Shown here: positions 30,581 through 39,100 of the stretch, piece by piece
How positions within the stretch are numbered: position 1 is the stretch's first letter
Layout of the letters: each line of letters opens with the position of its first letter
Origin: Caldisericota bacterium
GTDB taxonomy: Bacteria; Caldisericota; Caldisericia; JAAYUI01
Direction of reading: 5' to 3'
Assembly (NCBI GenBank): GCA_029548865.1
Contig: JAKPMO010000004.1
Location: 1 to 64,000 of the forward strand
Length of the DNA stretch: 64,000 bases
The notes under the pieces: model-generated
The model's input: only the letters and a program-made list of their open reading frames with translations
Database searches by the model: none
What the model was told of the DNA's origin: nothing
Position numbers and translations under genes: made by a program

Positions 30581-32948
30581 GCGCTATACTGATGCACTAA
30601 AAGATGTTATGTCTGATGCACAGCAGGTGCTTGAACGTTACCATGACATAGAGCTTGATAACGAACACCTCTTTGTCGCCCTGCTTGAGAAGGAAGACAG
30701 TGTTGTCAGGGAAATACTTTCAAACCTTGGAAAAGGCTGGAGGGACATCCTGCAGGAAGTTGAAAGGACGCTGGCCAGCCATCCGCACCCAACCCAGGCC
30801 ACCACAAGGTCGCAAATCTATATCACGCCAAGGGCAAAGTCCACGCTTGAAAGGGCGGAGGAAGAAGCAAACTCTCTTGGGGACGAGTTTGTGGGGCCAG
30901 AGCATCTGTTTATAGCGCTTTCCCAGGACACCAGAGAAACAGGGAGAATAATGACCCAGAGGGGCCTCGACAGAGAGACCATCCTTCAGGGTCTAGCAAA
31001 AATAAGGGGTGGCGAAGGGGGAGGCTCCGGGCAGGCAAAAACCGCCCTGGATAAATTTACGAGAGACCTTACCGATCTTGCAAAAAAGGGCAAGCTTGAC
31101 CCTGTGATTGGCAGGGAGCTTGAAATAGAGAGAAGCCTCCAGGTCCTTTCCAGAAGAACAAAGAACAATCCAGTCCTCATAGGTGAGGCAGGGGTTGGCA
31201 AAACTGCAATTGTCGAAGGGATTGCCCAGAGGATCGTTGATAGCAATGTTCCAGATTCGATGAGGGGCAAAAAGATACTGTCGCTTGACATGGGTGCTCT
31301 TGTTGCGGGAACAAAATTCAGGGGAGAATTCGAAGAGAGGCTCAAATCGGTCATTGATGAGGTGAAAAAGGCCGAAGGAAAAATAATCCTCTTCATTGAT
31401 GAGCTCCACCTTGTCATGGGTGCTGGTGCTGCTGAGGGGGCGATGGACGCCTCAAACATGCTCAAGCCTGCACTTGCAAGGGGCGAGCTCCATTGCATTG
31501 GGGCAACAACAACCGATGAATACACAAAGTATATTGAAAAAGATTCTGCGCTTGAGAGAAGGTTCCAGCCTGTCAATGTTCCGGAGCCAACAGTTGCACA
31601 AACCGTCGAGATTTTGAGGGGGCTTCGCGACAGGTACGAGGCACACCACGGTGTAAAGATTTCTGACGAGGCGCTTGCCACTGCAGCAGAGCTCTCGTCA
31701 AGATACATAACCAACAGGTTTTTGCCTGACAAGGCGATAGACCTGATTGATGAAACTGCCGCCAGGATAAGGGTCACCATGGAGTCCATGCCGCCAAAAC
31801 TGGCATCCCTGAAGTCGGAAACGGAAAGACTGCAGAGGGAAGGCGAAGCAGCAGCCAAGTCCGGTGACACCAACAGGGCCATGAAGCTCAAGACGGAATA
31901 TGAAAAATGCAATGCAGAATATATATCAGAGCGTGAAAAGTGGCTCCGTGAAGTCAAGGTTTCCGAAGAGGTTGGCCCTGAAGAGATAGCCCAGACAATA
32001 TCAAGGTGGACAGGTATTCCAGTTTCATCGCTGACCGAATCCGAACAGCAAAAGCTCATCAAACTCGAGGAAAGACTCCATGAGAGGGTGATAGGCCAGG
32101 ATGAAGCTGTAACTGCTGTTGCGCAGGCAGTGAGGCGCTCAAGGGCCGGGCTTTCTGATCCGAACAGGCCAATAGGATCATTCCTGTTTCTTGGCCCAAC
32201 CGGTGTTGGAAAAACTGAGCTTGCCAAGAGTCTGGCAGAATTGCTTTTTGATTCCGATCAGGCTCTGACGAGGTTTGACATGTCGGAGTACATGGAGAAG
32301 CACACTGTTGCAAGATTGATCGGTGCACCACCTGGATATGTCGGATTTGAGCAAGGTGGCCAGCTTACAGAGGCCGTAAGGCATAGGCCATATCAGGTGC
32401 TGCTCTTTGATGAGGTCGAAAAGGCCCACCAGGACATTTTCAATGTTTTTTTGCAGCTCCTTGATGATGGAAGACTCACGGATGGCCAGGGTAGGACTGT
32501 AGATTTCAGGAACTGCATCATCATAATGACAAGCAATCTTGGCAGCCAGATGGTTGAGCCGGACATGCCCTATGGCAAGATGAAGGAAGTTTACATGGAG
32601 GCCGTGCGAAAGAACTTCAGGCCGGAATTTGTAAACAGACTGGATGGAATAATAGTATTCAAGCATCTGACCAGGGAAGAACTTGGAAAGATTGTTTCAA
32701 TCCAGATTTCCAGGGTGCAGAAGATGCTTGACAAAAAGGGAATAAAACTTGATGTTACAAAGGAAGCGCAGGAGCTTTTGGGCGAGATTGGCTATTCGGT
32801 TGAGTATGGTGCCAGGCCGCTCAAAAGAACAATACAGCAGGAACTGGAAAATAGGCTTGCCGATTTGATCTTGACAGGAAAGCTCAAAGATGGCAAAACC
32901 GCTAGGGTTGAAGTTTCAGATGGTGCTCTTGCCATAAAGGAGATTTGA
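30570..32948 (+). CDS. Hsp100/Clp AAA+ chaperone (ClpB/ClpC-like)
   Basis: Clp N repeats, GEAGVGKT, KFRGEFEER, GPTGVGKT, GYVG, YGARPL; short M-domain; no IGF loop. Confidence 0.93.
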   Translation: MKFERYTDALKDVMSDAQQVLERYHDIELDNEHLFVALLEKEDSVVREILSNLGKGWRDILQEVERTLASHPHPTQATTRSQIYITPRAKSTLERAEEEANSLGDEFVGPEHLFIALSQDTRETGRIMTQRGLDRETILQGLAKIRGGEGGGSGQAKTALDKFTRDLTDLAKKGKLDPVIGRELEIERSLQVLSRRTKNNPVLIGEAGVGKTAIVEGIAQRIVDSNVPDSMRGKKILSLDMGALVAGTKFRGEFEERLKSVIDEVKKAEGKIILFIDELHLVMGAGAAEGAMDASNMLKPALARGELHCIGATTTDEYTKYIEKDSALERRFQPVNVPEPTVAQTVEILRGLRDRYEAHHGVKISDEALATAAELSSRYITNRFLPDKAIDLIDETAARIRVTMESMPPKLASLKSETERLQREGEAAAKSGDTNRAMKLKTEYEKCNAEYISEREKWLREVKVSEEVGPEEIAQTISRWTGIPVSSLTESEQQKLIKLEERLHERVIGQDEAVTAVAQAVRRSRAGLSDPNRPIGSFLFLGPTGVGKTELAKSLAELLFDSDQALTRFDMSEYMEKHTVARLIGAPPGYVGFEQGGQLTEAVRHRPYQVLLFDEVEKAHQDIFNVFLQLLDDGRLTDGQGRTVDFRNCIIIMTSNLGSQMVEPDMPYGKMKEVYMEAVRKNFRPEFVNRLDGIIVFKHLTREELGKIVSIQISRVQKMLDKKGIKLDVTKEAQELLGEIGYSVEYGARPLKRTIQQELENRLADLILTGKLKDGKTARVEVSDGALAIKEI

Positions 32949-32969
32949 AATCCCTAAAAAGGTGGGACG

Positions 32970-33476
32970 ATGGTAATACTCGACGAAAAAGGCAGACTTT
33001 TTGGAAAGCTGAACATCATTGACCTTCTGGTCCTGATCGTTCTACTGTATGGGCTCTATTGGGGTGGAACAAAGATTATCACGAAGTATTTTGTCCATCC
33101 AAAATTTGATTCCTACGTTGTTGTCTTGAGGGCTGAAAATGTCAATCCCGAGATAATTGAAGGAATACACATTGGTGACAAACTTGTCGAGCGCTCTGGA
33201 ACAGTCATAGGGGCCGTTATAAAACCGGAACCTGCCCTGAAAGATTCAATGGTGTATGTTCAAACCAGGGAAGGCCTTATAGTCGAGAGCGTCCAGCCCA
33301 AACTCAAGGACATGGACATAACTGTTGAAGTGAAAACCCCAGAGGGCACAAGAGTAAAGTACAACACAAACAACATGCTTGTTGGATCGAGACTTGAATA
33401 TGATTTTGTCTCGGAGGGAATGATGGGTATCCACGTAAAAGCCCTGTGTGTTTCAATAAACAAGGCTGGCAACTAG
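32970..33476 (+). CDS. DUF4330-like protein
   Basis: ILDEKGRLFGKLNIIDL N-terminus followed by a TM. Confidence 0.75.
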   Translation: MVILDEKGRLFGKLNIIDLLVLIVLLYGLYWGGTKIITKYFVHPKFDSYVVVLRAENVNPEIIEGIHIGDKLVERSGTVIGAVIKPEPALKDSMVYVQTREGLIVESVQPKLKDMDITVEVKTPEGTRVKYNTNNMLVGSRLEYDFVSEGMMGIHVKALCVSINKAGN

Positions 33477-33477
33477 C

Positions 33478-35040
33478 GTGAACACAAAAAAAGTAATCAA
33501 AGACATTGGGATTGTAACCGTTCTTCTTGGCCTCCGTTCTGTAGTGGGTTTCATAAGGGACGTTGTCATGGCGTCCAGGTTTGCCCTGGACTACACCATG
33601 GATGCCTTCAATATCGCATCCAAGGTTCCGCTTACGATTGCAAACCTCTTGGTTATGGGTGTTTTCACTGCAGTTTTTTTGCCCATCTTTACCAGATACA
33701 TAATTGAAAACAAAAAAGAAGAACTCAATAAGCTCGTCGGGATACTTTTTATTATTATCACCGTTGGTTTCACCGTGTTGATAATCCTTGCCGAGATTTT
33801 CGCAAGGCCTTTCATTATGTATGTCCTCACCAACAACGCAACTGCTGAAACTGTTGACGAGGCAATAGTGCTTTTCAGGCTCATGATGCCGGCTGTTCTT
33901 TTGATGGCCTGGTCTGGTCTTGCTTCTGGAATCCACAACTCCTTCCAGCGTTTTACAATGCCGGCAGTTGGAAACCTCCTTTTTAACATCTGGATGGTCC
34001 TTCCTGCCTGGATATTCCCACAATCCTGGGGTATAAGAGGATTTGCAGTTGGCGTGTGTATTGGTGCCCTGTTCCAGCTTCTTGTCCAATTGCCAGGGTT
34101 ATTTGGGAAACACATGAAGCTGGACATAAACTTCAACATGAGGCACCCAGCCCTTATGGGTATAGGGAGTCTTGTCATTCCAGTACTTTTGAGTTCTTCA
34201 ATCAATTATCTGGTGCCCTTCGTTGAAACCTTCCTGGCTTCTGGAATTGCAAATGGCGCTGTTTCGGCACTTGCTTATGCCTTCAGGATAAGCCAGCTAC
34301 CTCTTGGTATATTTGTGCTTGCAATTTCTTCGGTAGTTTATCCCCTCTTTGCAGAGGCCGTAGCAAAAAACAATCCGGAGGCGCTTAAATCCAATATCCA
34401 ATGGGGTTTAAAGCTGGTTGTGATGATAATCATTCCAGCTGGCTTCGGGTTACTCGCTCTTTCACACCCCATTGTCATGATGCTTTTTCAGCGAGGAAAA
34501 TTTGGCATTGTGGACACCGTGATGACTTCTGCTCCTCTGGCCTTTTATGGTCTTGCGATAATTCCTATGGCCATTGAAGCTGTACTTGTAAAAGTCTTTT
34601 ACTCCATAAGCGACACGAAGACGCCTGTAAAAATTTATTTGAGCAATCTCATAATGCTTGTGATACTTGACGTTGTATTTGTCAAAATGGGTCTTGGCGT
34701 TGTCGGGCTTGCGTTGGGTGCAACAATATGTGCTTTTGTAAGGATCTTGATGGTAGTTATCGCAATGCGGAAAAAGATTGGCATATTTGGCCTCTCTGGG
34801 CTCATGGTGTCAATTATCAAATCAACTGTGGCATCAATTGTAATGAGTATTGTGGCTTATTTGATTGCTATCAGGGCAAACTATGTTGTAAATCTTGGCT
34901 CCAATTTTGGCAGGAGTCTCCAGGTCGGATTTGCAATAGTTGTTGGGGTGGCAGTTTATGCTGTTGTTCTTTACATAATTGACCGCAAAGAGATAAATCA
35001 GATGCTGGTTGTTTTTAAAAGAAGGGGGCAATCTGCATGA
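33478..35040 (+). CDS. murJ: MurJ/MviN lipid II flippase family
   Basis: GFIRD, DAFNIA..VP, AFRISQLPLG, LFQRGKF, FYSISDTKTP; multi-TM. Confidence 0.88.
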   Translation: MNTKKVIKDIGIVTVLLGLRSVVGFIRDVVMASRFALDYTMDAFNIASKVPLTIANLLVMGVFTAVFLPIFTRYIIENKKEELNKLVGILFIIITVGFTVLIILAEIFARPFIMYVLTNNATAETVDEAIVLFRLMMPAVLLMAWSGLASGIHNSFQRFTMPAVGNLLFNIWMVLPAWIFPQSWGIRGFAVGVCIGALFQLLVQLPGLFGKHMKLDINFNMRHPALMGIGSLVIPVLLSSSINYLVPFVETFLASGIANGAVSALAYAFRISQLPLGIFVLAISSVVYPLFAEAVAKNNPEALKSNIQWGLKLVVMIIIPAGFGLLALSHPIVMMLFQRGKFGIVDTVMTSAPLAFYGLAIIPMAIEAVLVKVFYSISDTKTPVKIYLSNLIMLVILDVVFVKMGLGVVGLALGATICAFVRILMVVIAMRKKIGIFGLSGLMVSIIKSTVASIVMSIVAYLIAIRANYVVNLGSNFGRSLQVGFAIVVGVAVYAVVLYIIDRKEINQMLVVFKRRGQSA

Positions 35041-36023
35041 GCAGTCCCATAAGAAAAAGAAAAAAAAGGAGTCCCTGTCTTCCATGGTTTCTCGGAATAT
35101 TTGCGGTGGGTTTTATATTGCTGTTCTTCGTTTTCAACTACTTCTATGGGCTGCTCGGCCAGTTTAATTCCAACCAGTTTGTTTCGGATCCTGGGCGTCC
35201 AGTGGCCAGCCTAAATTTTAGCAAGAGAGTAAACATCCTGATAATCGGTGTTGATGCGCCCTCACTCAAGGAATCTGCAAGGTCAGATGTTTTGATGGTT
35301 GCCTCTTACTACGCCAAAGAGAACAACCTGAAAATGCTCTCTGTTCCAAGAGACACAATGGTCAATCCACAAGGGCTTGGAGTATGCAAAATAAATGCTT
35401 GCAACAATCCGGCTTTTAATATCAAATTTGGTACCCCATTCCTCATTAAAGCAGTCGAAGAACTCCTTGGCATAAAGATTGATGCTTATGTAAAAACGAA
35501 TTTCAGAGGGTTTTCCGACATAATAGACAAGCTTGGCGGCATAGATCTCAATGTCGAGAAAGACATGCTCTATTACGATCCAATTGATAAATTCAAGATT
35601 GACCTGAAAAAGGGATACCAACACCTCAATGGAAGCATGGCGCTCCAGTATGTTAGGTATAGATCTGATCTTGCCGATTTTGTCCTCGTTGATGGGAAAC
35701 CAATGGGCAGGGTCGCCCGCCAGGCAAACTTTATGAAGGCAATCCTTAAAGAGGCCTCTTCACCAAAGAACTGGTTCAAGCTTGGCCAAGTCATGCAGGC
35801 CGCCACTGATGCAATTGAGACTGATCTTACCCCGTCCATGATGATAAGGCTGGCAACAAAAATGAAAGATGTTGGGCCTGATGGAATCAAGGTTTTGGGT
35901 TTTCCGGGTACAGACCAGTACGTCAACAAAATAAGCTATGTCATCCCAAATAAGGTGGAGATTGAAAAACTTGTTTCAGAAAATTTCCTTGCAGGCTCTG
36001 ATCCAATCAAGCCAAACCCGTAA
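35037..36023 (+). CDS. LytR-CpsA-Psr (LCP) family phosphotransferase
   Basis: TM, NILIIGVD, RSD, SVPRD, YVRYR, R..RQ. Confidence 0.9.
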   Translation: MSSPIRKRKKRSPCLPWFLGIFAVGFILLFFVFNYFYGLLGQFNSNQFVSDPGRPVASLNFSKRVNILIIGVDAPSLKESARSDVLMVASYYAKENNLKMLSVPRDTMVNPQGLGVCKINACNNPAFNIKFGTPFLIKAVEELLGIKIDAYVKTNFRGFSDIIDKLGGIDLNVEKDMLYYDPIDKFKIDLKKGYQHLNGSMALQYVRYRSDLADFVLVDGKPMGRVARQANFMKAILKEASSPKNWFKLGQVMQAATDAIETDLTPSMMIRLATKMKDVGPDGIKVLGFPGTDQYVNKISYVIPNKVEIEKLVSENFLAGSDPIKPNP

Positions 36024-36531
36024 TTGTCTTTGTATAATTTGTGGTTTCTGGGAGAAATCTGTTACCAGAAAGGTTTTTGATGCCCTTGTCGGGTTTTTTG
36101 ACAGACTTGGCTCGGGGTCATTGTTTATTTTCTGGATAACGGGAAGGGGACTTTCGCTCAGGCCGATCACACAAAATAAGAGTTTTTTTAGCCAAAAACT
36201 TGAGATTTCGTGGGAAGGTTTTTTGAAAAATCTCTCCAAGACGAACAAAGAAGATTCATCTCTTGCAAAATCCAGATACATTCCAGTTCTTCTGGCTGTC
36301 CGTTTGGTGTTTGTCGAGAGGCCGCTCTGGGTAATTGGTTGGCTCGGATCTGCTTTTTTCTCTGTATATGGCATTTTCAGACTTGTCGTTGTCGGTATCT
36401 CTCTTAGAGGTTTGTTGCTGGTTTTTGGCATGTTCTGTCTGTCGATTTTGCTCACCATGACGAAAGGCACCCTGAAAGACATGATCGAAACAAGCTGGAT
36501 CATAAAATGGGTGGACTCTCTTGATGAATAA
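35938..36531 (+). CDS. Hypothetical membrane protein (start uncertain)
   Basis: Open frame filling the gap between LCP and ligase, two C-terminal TMs; stop overlaps next gene. Confidence 0.5.
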   Translation: MSSQIRWRLKNLFQKISLQALIQSSQTRNCLCIICGFWEKSVTRKVFDALVGFFDRLGSGSLFIFWITGRGLSLRPITQNKSFFSQKLEISWEGFLKNLSKTNKEDSSLAKSRYIPVLLAVRLVFVERPLWVIGWLGSAFFSVYGIFRLVVVGISLRGLLLVFGMFCLSILLTMTKGTLKDMIETSWIIKWVDSLDE

Positions 36532-37882
36532 CAACAAAATAAACTTACCAATCGTATTGATTGCCCTTGGCGTGCTGTTTGCTGTTATTGCCATCTTTGG
36601 GAACGTCCCGATCATTTTTGTTTTTGTTGCACTTGTGACCCTTGGGCTGGCGGTTTTTTTCAGGCCGGAGATTGGTATTGCGGCGCTCTCTTTTTCTGCG
36701 GTGGCAGATGGCCTTGTCAGAACATACGCGGGTGGAGTTGGCTCATACTGGGACGATGCCCTGTACGCCCTGATCGTTGTCGCTGTTATATGGAAGCTGG
36801 CAAAAGAAGGCCAACTCAAGATTAAATCGGGCATTGTCTGGTGGGCAGTGGCAACTTTTTTTGCCATGTCCGTGATTTCCGGATTGCTCTCCGGCCTTCC
36901 ATATGGACATATCCTGACTGCCATAAGGTCAGTGCTGCAAGGATCGATAATCTTCTTTGTTATAATCAATGCCAATTTTGATAGAAAGGTTATCCTTCAT
37001 GTTGCTTCGCTGATGATACTCTGTGCTGTGGTGGTGGCCGGATATGGGCTCTTGCAGAGGGCATCTGGAGCTTTTACCCCGCAGGGCTGGCTTGACAAGA
37101 AAGAAGCGGTCAACATTACCAGGGCAACCAGCTTCCTTGGAAGTCCAAATGCAACTGCTGGTTTCCTGGCGCTTGTGCTTCCAATGTCGATAGGGATGGC
37201 CCTCAAAATCAAAAAAATGCTCCCCAAAATAATTTATTTTGCCCTTGCGGCCATAATCTTTTTTGGGCTCTATGCAACTCTCAACAGAGCTGCCTGGATA
37301 GGACTTGGCATTGGTCTGTGTGTCTTCGCCATTGCTTCCAATAAAAGATGGTGGATCGGAATATTCATGATCTTGCTTGCCTCGGCCATCCTGCTTTTGC
37401 CAGATTTGAGATTGCGTTTCTCGACCATCTTTTCTGATGAGTTTGCCGTAAGAGACGCTTCCCTTGGCAGAACATTCAGATGGGACACGGCCCTCCAGAT
37501 TTTCTCCGAGCACCCGTTCTTTGGTATTGGCCCAGGCGGGTTTGGTGGAGCGGTGGCCTATGGAATCCAGGCTTTTGGTGGACTATATGTAGATAACTAC
37601 TACCTTCTAATATTGTCGAACTATGGCCTTTTCGGAATTGCATCGTTCCTGTTTCTCCTTGTATCATCGATAAGGGACGCTTTCAGAGGCCTGAGGGTCG
37701 CGCTTGAAAAAGACAGGTATCTCGTTGCTGGAATAATCGGTGGAATGGTGGCTTTTTGTGTCCACTTGCTCTTTGAAAACCTGTGGGACATCACTCCGCT
37801 CAACATATCTTTTTGGGTAATGGCGGGTTTGGCCGCCAGCTTTGCATACAAAGAAAGGAGGAATGAGAATGAGGATTCGTGA
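36524..37882 (+). CDS. O-antigen ligase/polymerase (Wzy_C) family protein
   Basis: RATSFLGSPN, TLNRAAW, R..RW..A...F.EHPFFGIGPG, DNYYL; multi-TM. Confidence 0.85.
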   Translation: MNNNKINLPIVLIALGVLFAVIAIFGNVPIIFVFVALVTLGLAVFFRPEIGIAALSFSAVADGLVRTYAGGVGSYWDDALYALIVVAVIWKLAKEGQLKIKSGIVWWAVATFFAMSVISGLLSGLPYGHILTAIRSVLQGSIIFFVIINANFDRKVILHVASLMILCAVVVAGYGLLQRASGAFTPQGWLDKKEAVNITRATSFLGSPNATAGFLALVLPMSIGMALKIKKMLPKIIYFALAAIIFFGLYATLNRAAWIGLGIGLCVFAIASNKRWWIGIFMILLASAILLLPDLRLRFSTIFSDEFAVRDASLGRTFRWDTALQIFSEHPFFGIGPGGFGGAVAYGIQAFGGLYVDNYYLLILSNYGLFGIASFLFLLVSSIRDAFRGLRVALEKDRYLVAGIIGGMVAFCVHLLFENLWDITPLNISFWVMAGLAASFAYKERRNENEDS

Positions 37883-38258
37883 CCTGATGGAAGACGAGGT
37901 GCTTTTCGTTTACAGCACCACAAGCATTGGCCAGATGCTGGAAACAATCATAAAAAGAAGAATCAACGGGCTCCCGGTAGTAGACCAGGACATGCATGTG
38001 GTCGGAATGCTTACCGAGGGAGACATCATTTCCAGATCAGAGATGTTCTCAAGAGAGTTTGATCCAATGCAACTTACAAACATGAATGTCACCACGCTCA
38101 TGACAAAAAATCCCATCACCATTCATCCAGACGCAGAATTGTCCCAGGCCGTTGCCATTTTTTCGGCCACAAAAATAAAGCAGTTGCCGGTCATCTCAGA
38201 CGGCAAGCTTGTTGGAATCCTGTCCAGAAAGGACATAATAAAGGGAATGCTTAAATGA
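37869..38258 (+). CDS. CBS domain pair protein
   Basis: LPVVD..VVGMLTEGD, MTKNPITI, LPVI..GKLVGILSRKD; AGGAGG SD. Confidence 0.88.
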   Translation: MRIRDLMEDEVLFVYSTTSIGQMLETIIKRRINGLPVVDQDMHVVGMLTEGDIISRSEMFSREFDPMQLTNMNVTTLMTKNPITIHPDAELSQAVAIFSATKIKQLPVISDGKLVGILSRKDIIKGMLK

Positions 38259-39100
38259 CGATTGAAGCTATAATCCTGGCTCTCAAGGGCTACTGGAAGG
38301 AAAAAGGGTGCCTCATCGGTGAACCCTTTGACATGGAAGTGGGCGCTGGGACAATGGTGCCATACAGCTTTTTTGGCGTCCTTGGGCCAAGGCCGTGGAA
38401 AGTCGCCTATATCCAGCCTTCCAGAAGACCTGCTGATGGCAGGTATGGTGACAGCCCCTACAGATTCTACATCCACCACCAGTTCCAGGTAATACTGAAG
38501 CCACCTCCAGCAGATGTGCAGGACATATACCTTGAGAGCCTGAAAGTTCTTGGAATTGATTATGAAAAGCATGATATGCGCTTCATCGAGGACAACTGGG
38601 AATCTCCAACCCTTGGTGCCGCAGGTGTCGGCTGGGAAGTCTGGATGGATGGGCAGGAAGTGACCCAGTTCACATACTTCCAGCAGGCCGGTGGTTGCGA
38701 GCTCAATCCGCCATCTGTGGAGCTGACCTACGGAATTGAGAGACTTGCCATGTACTCTGAGCGCAAAGACAACGGTTTTGAACTTGGCTGGAATGAAAAT
38801 GTCACATATGGTGATCTCAGAAAGAGGGCCGAATACGAACTTTGCAAGTATGGTTTTGAGCTGGCCGATGTTGAATCCTTAAGGACCATGTTTGGGATAT
38901 GTGAGAAAGAGTCGAGTAGGTGCATCGAGGCCCAGCTTTACATGCCTGCCTATGAGTATGCACTCAAGTGTTCCCACCTATTTAACCTTCTAGATGCAAG
39001 AGGGGCCGTGTCTGTTTCGGAAAGAGCGCTTATTATTGCTCGCATCAGAGACTTGACCCGAAAATGCGCGATGTTATACCAAGAGGTCGGGAATGCGTAG
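38255..39100 (+). CDS. glyQ: Glycine--tRNA ligase alpha subunit
   Basis: EVGAGT, QPSRRPADGRYG, EDNWESPTLGA, TQFTYFQQ. Confidence 0.96.
   Translation: MTIEAIILALKGYWKEKGCLIGEPFDMEVGAGTMVPYSFFGVLGPRPWKVAYIQPSRRPADGRYGDSPYRFYIHHQFQVILKPPPADVQDIYLESLKVLGIDYEKHDMRFIEDNWESPTLGAAGVGWEVWMDGQEVTQFTYFQQAGGCELNPPSVELTYGIERLAMYSERKDNGFELGWNENVTYGDLRKRAEYELCKYGFELADVESLRTMFGICEKESSRCIEAQLYMPAYEYALKCSHLFNLLDARGAVSVSERALIIARIRDLTRKCAMLYQEVGNA

Noticed and set aside
30986..32227. 413-aa antisense ORF and the many similar shadow ORFs
   Set aside because: Antisense to well-supported genes; explained by codon bias
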